This document shows, one piece after another, positions 61,704-64,000 of a stretch of DNA of 64,000 nucleotides (its first letter is position 1; every line of letters begins with the position of its first letter). Under the pieces are notes generated by a model. The model made no database searches. It was not told the DNA's origin and saw only the letters and a program-made list of their open reading frames with translations. A program made the translations under genes and the position numbers. The DNA is from Basidiobolus meristosporus CBS 931.73 (Eukaryota > Fungi > Basidiobolomycota). The stretch spans positions 1-64,000 of the forward strand of contig MCFE01000192.1 of assembly GCA_002104905.1 (NCBI GenBank). Reading direction: 5' to 3'.

Positions 61704-63113
61704 ATGTCGGACAAAAAGAACTATAACTCCGATATCTCTACTTGTGACTCGAAAAATCTCAAGTTCACGCCCTACATCTGGCTATGTGGTGTGACCGCCG
61801 CATTGGCTGCTTTCGCCTCCGGCTTCAACAGTGCCGCTCCCAACACTCCCGAGTCTGTCATCAGAAACTGCGATCTCAATGCTCACAGTAGCGGTGGCCT
61901 TCCTGCCTGTCTCCCAATGTCATCTGGTACTTGGGGTCTCGCCGTGGGTATCCTCGCCATTGGTGGTCTCGTTGGTGGCCTCAGTGCTGGTCCAGCTGCC
62001 AACAGATTCGGCCGTAAGTGGACGCTTATATGCAACAATGCCTTCTTCATTGTCGGTGCTATCCTTGTTGCCACTGCTACCACCGTGGCTCAGTTCGTGG
62101 CTGGCCGTGTGATCATCGGTATTGCTTGTGGTGCGGCCTCCGTAGTGGCCCCAATGTATGTTGCCGAGATCTCCACCAATGGAGCTCGTGGCATCCTCGG
62201 AACCATGTACCAGCTTTTCACGGTGATTGGCATCTTGGTTGCCAACTGCGCCGGTATTGGATTGACCAGCGTTCCAGGATGGAGATACTTGTTCGGCATT
62301 GCCATCTTCCCTCCCATCCTCCAAGTGATCCTTCTGTTGTTCTGTACTGAGTCGCCAGGATATCTGCTGTCCAAGAACAAGGTCGATGAGGCTAGGGTTG
62401 CGTTGCAAAAGCTCCGCAGTGGATGCGTGATTGACAACGAGTTCAACGAGATGATCAGTGCTGCTCACAGTGAGGAAGGAAAGGAAGAGGCACTCAACAT
62501 CGTCCAGGTGCTCAAGAACAGCCGTCTCTGCAAGCTCTTCATCGTTGCCATGATCATGCACGCCTACCAACAGCTCTCCGGCATCAACAGTGTCATCTTC
62601 TACTCCACCAACATCTTCAACGACATCTTCGGTGTGGACAACTCCCAGTATGTCACAGTCGGTGTCGGGTGCCTCAACCTGGTGATGACCCTTGTCTCGG
62701 TAGCCCTGATCGACCGTGTTGGCAGAAAGCCATTGTTGTACACCAGTGGTATTGGCATGTGCGTGTGCTCAGTGCTGATTGTGATTGCCTCCATCTATGG
62801 GGTCAACACACTCATGGTTGTCGCTGTGATGCTCTTCGTGGCTACCTTCGCTGTCGGCCTTGGTCCAATCCCCTGGATGTTGATGCCTGAGCTCATTCCC
62901 ACCTATGCCATCGGAGCTGCCAGCTCCACTGCCACTGCCGTCAACTGGCTGTTCAACTTTGTCATCGGTCAAACCTTCCCTCCAATGAAGGATGCACTTG
63001 GCAACTACTCCTTCCTTCCCTACGCTGTTATCTGTGCCCTTGGCATTGTGTATACCTTCTTCCTAGTCCCAGAAACCAAAGGACGCAACCCCAACGAAAT
63101 CCCCAGAGACTAA
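61704..63113 (+). CDS. MFS sugar porter, GLUT-like, copy 4, intronless
   Basis: Same motifs; ends NEIPRD instead of NEISKQ. Confidence 0.96.
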   Translation: MSDKKNYNSDISTCDSKNLKFTPYIWLCGVTAALAAFASGFNSAAPNTPESVIRNCDLNAHSSGGLPACLPMSSGTWGLAVGILAIGGLVGGLSAGPAANRFGRKWTLICNNAFFIVGAILVATATTVAQFVAGRVIIGIACGAASVVAPMYVAEISTNGARGILGTMYQLFTVIGILVANCAGIGLTSVPGWRYLFGIAIFPPILQVILLLFCTESPGYLLSKNKVDEARVALQKLRSGCVIDNEFNEMISAAHSEEGKEEALNIVQVLKNSRLCKLFIVAMIMHAYQQLSGINSVIFYSTNIFNDIFGVDNSQYVTVGVGCLNLVMTLVSVALIDRVGRKPLLYTSGIGMCVCSVLIVIASIYGVNTLMVVAVMLFVATFAVGLGPIPWMLMPELIPTYAIGAASSTATAVNWLFNFVIGQTFPPMKDALGNYSFLPYAVICALGIVYTFFLVPETKGRNPNEIPRD

Positions 63114-63758
63114 GCATTACAGTAATTGGTTTTCATTGCATTCACTCACCATCATATCATAATACATCTGCGCTTGATTTATAAATAATAAATTTGACAT
63201 TTCCATTCAGCTAATTAGAATTATTTTCTACGAGGCATAATAAATAACTACGATACTTATCTAACCTCTGTATATAACGATCTTAAGGTTGATAATATAA
63301 CACCGCGGCCATGTAAATTACCACATTACTATATTCGAGCACTTTAGATTTACATGGTCGCGTACACATAAGTTAGAATAGCACGTGTGTGAGGTGAAAG
63401 TGTAAGAAATCCCGAGAATACAAATTTCTGTACTCTAAAATTTATACATATTGGTAATCCCAGAAGTAATCATCTTCAGCAGTTAACAAACTTGGCACCA
63501 GCTGCATGATTGCACTTACCACTTTAGTCAATCTCCGCTATAAAAAGCCAATTATTCGTGAGGCATTCGCGACAACGAACCTCTTCCCAAACTTCTAGAG
63601 TCCGCAATCCGTTTAAGGAAATTCATGGGTAGCTACTCAGCATTTCATAGGGATTTTGGAACATCTTTTCAGAGCAGTTCGGACGTTCTATTATGGTTAA
63701 TCAATGCCTATAACTTGAATAATTGCCCACTTTCCTAGGTTTTGGTGGAGACAATAAT

Positions 63759-64000
63759 TTACACTGAGGTATGAGATCTCTGGCTTCTCGAGACACCATA
63801 TTCTACGCCATCATATTCTAGGAAATGGCTCGGTGTAATTTGGATTCTGGCTAGGCTGTACTTTGCGATGGATTCACTTGTTCGTTGTCCTATACCATTT
63901 GAGCATCTTGAAACCATTTCAACATTGACCGCTCCGCTCCCAAATACCCCGAATCCGTGCTCATTAAGTCCTAAATTGGCAGAGATTATAGCCATCTTAC
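63759..64000 (-). CDS. Possible 3' end of a gene entering from beyond the window
   Basis: Open frame to the window edge, convergent with the transporter array; no recognisable motif. Confidence 0.25.
   Translation of the reverse strand, partial: KMAIISANLGLNEHGFGVFGSGAVNVEMVSRCSNGIGQRTSESIAKYSLARIQITPSHFLEYDGVEYGVSRSQRSHTSV

Noticed and set aside
1-64000. tRNA, rRNA, CRISPR arrays, transposases, LTRs or TIRs
   Set aside because: No T-loop/cloverleaf, spacer-repeat array, transposase or RT motif seen by eye; tRNAscan-SE and RepeatModeler would be needed to exclude them formally.

Overview
Eukaryotic, gene-dense fungal DNA with short (mostly ~55-90 nt) GT-AG introns. Gene content (Era GTPase, GH46 chitosanase, S1A trypsin, GLUT-like transporters) suggests an early-diverging fungus; a Basidiobolus/Zoopagomycota-like source is a guess, not shown. 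Left end: a secreted trypsin with a hydrophobic tail, then five intronless cytosolic Hsp70 genes (four tandem, one inverted), with a small Kre9/Knh1-like GPI gene between the convergent pair, and an Nrg1-like C2H2 factor. Middle: mainly intron-rich housekeeping genes (NIF/HAD protein, ATP4, C2 protein, allantoicase, Era, Pho80-like cyclin, MMS2, GSH2, VPS17, Mpo1-like, RPS24, an orphan gene, ING-PHD, RPS3, PP2A-A) plus an intronless bacterial-type GH46 chitosanase with signal peptide and GPI-like tail. Right end: an intronless block with an auxin-efflux-carrier family transporter and a hexokinase placed head-to-head with four GLUT-like sugar porters. Best leads: the GH46 chitosanase, the hexokinase/uniporter module, and CDS-limited gene conversion in both arrays. 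No rRNA, tRNA, CRISPR or recognisable transposon was found by eye.
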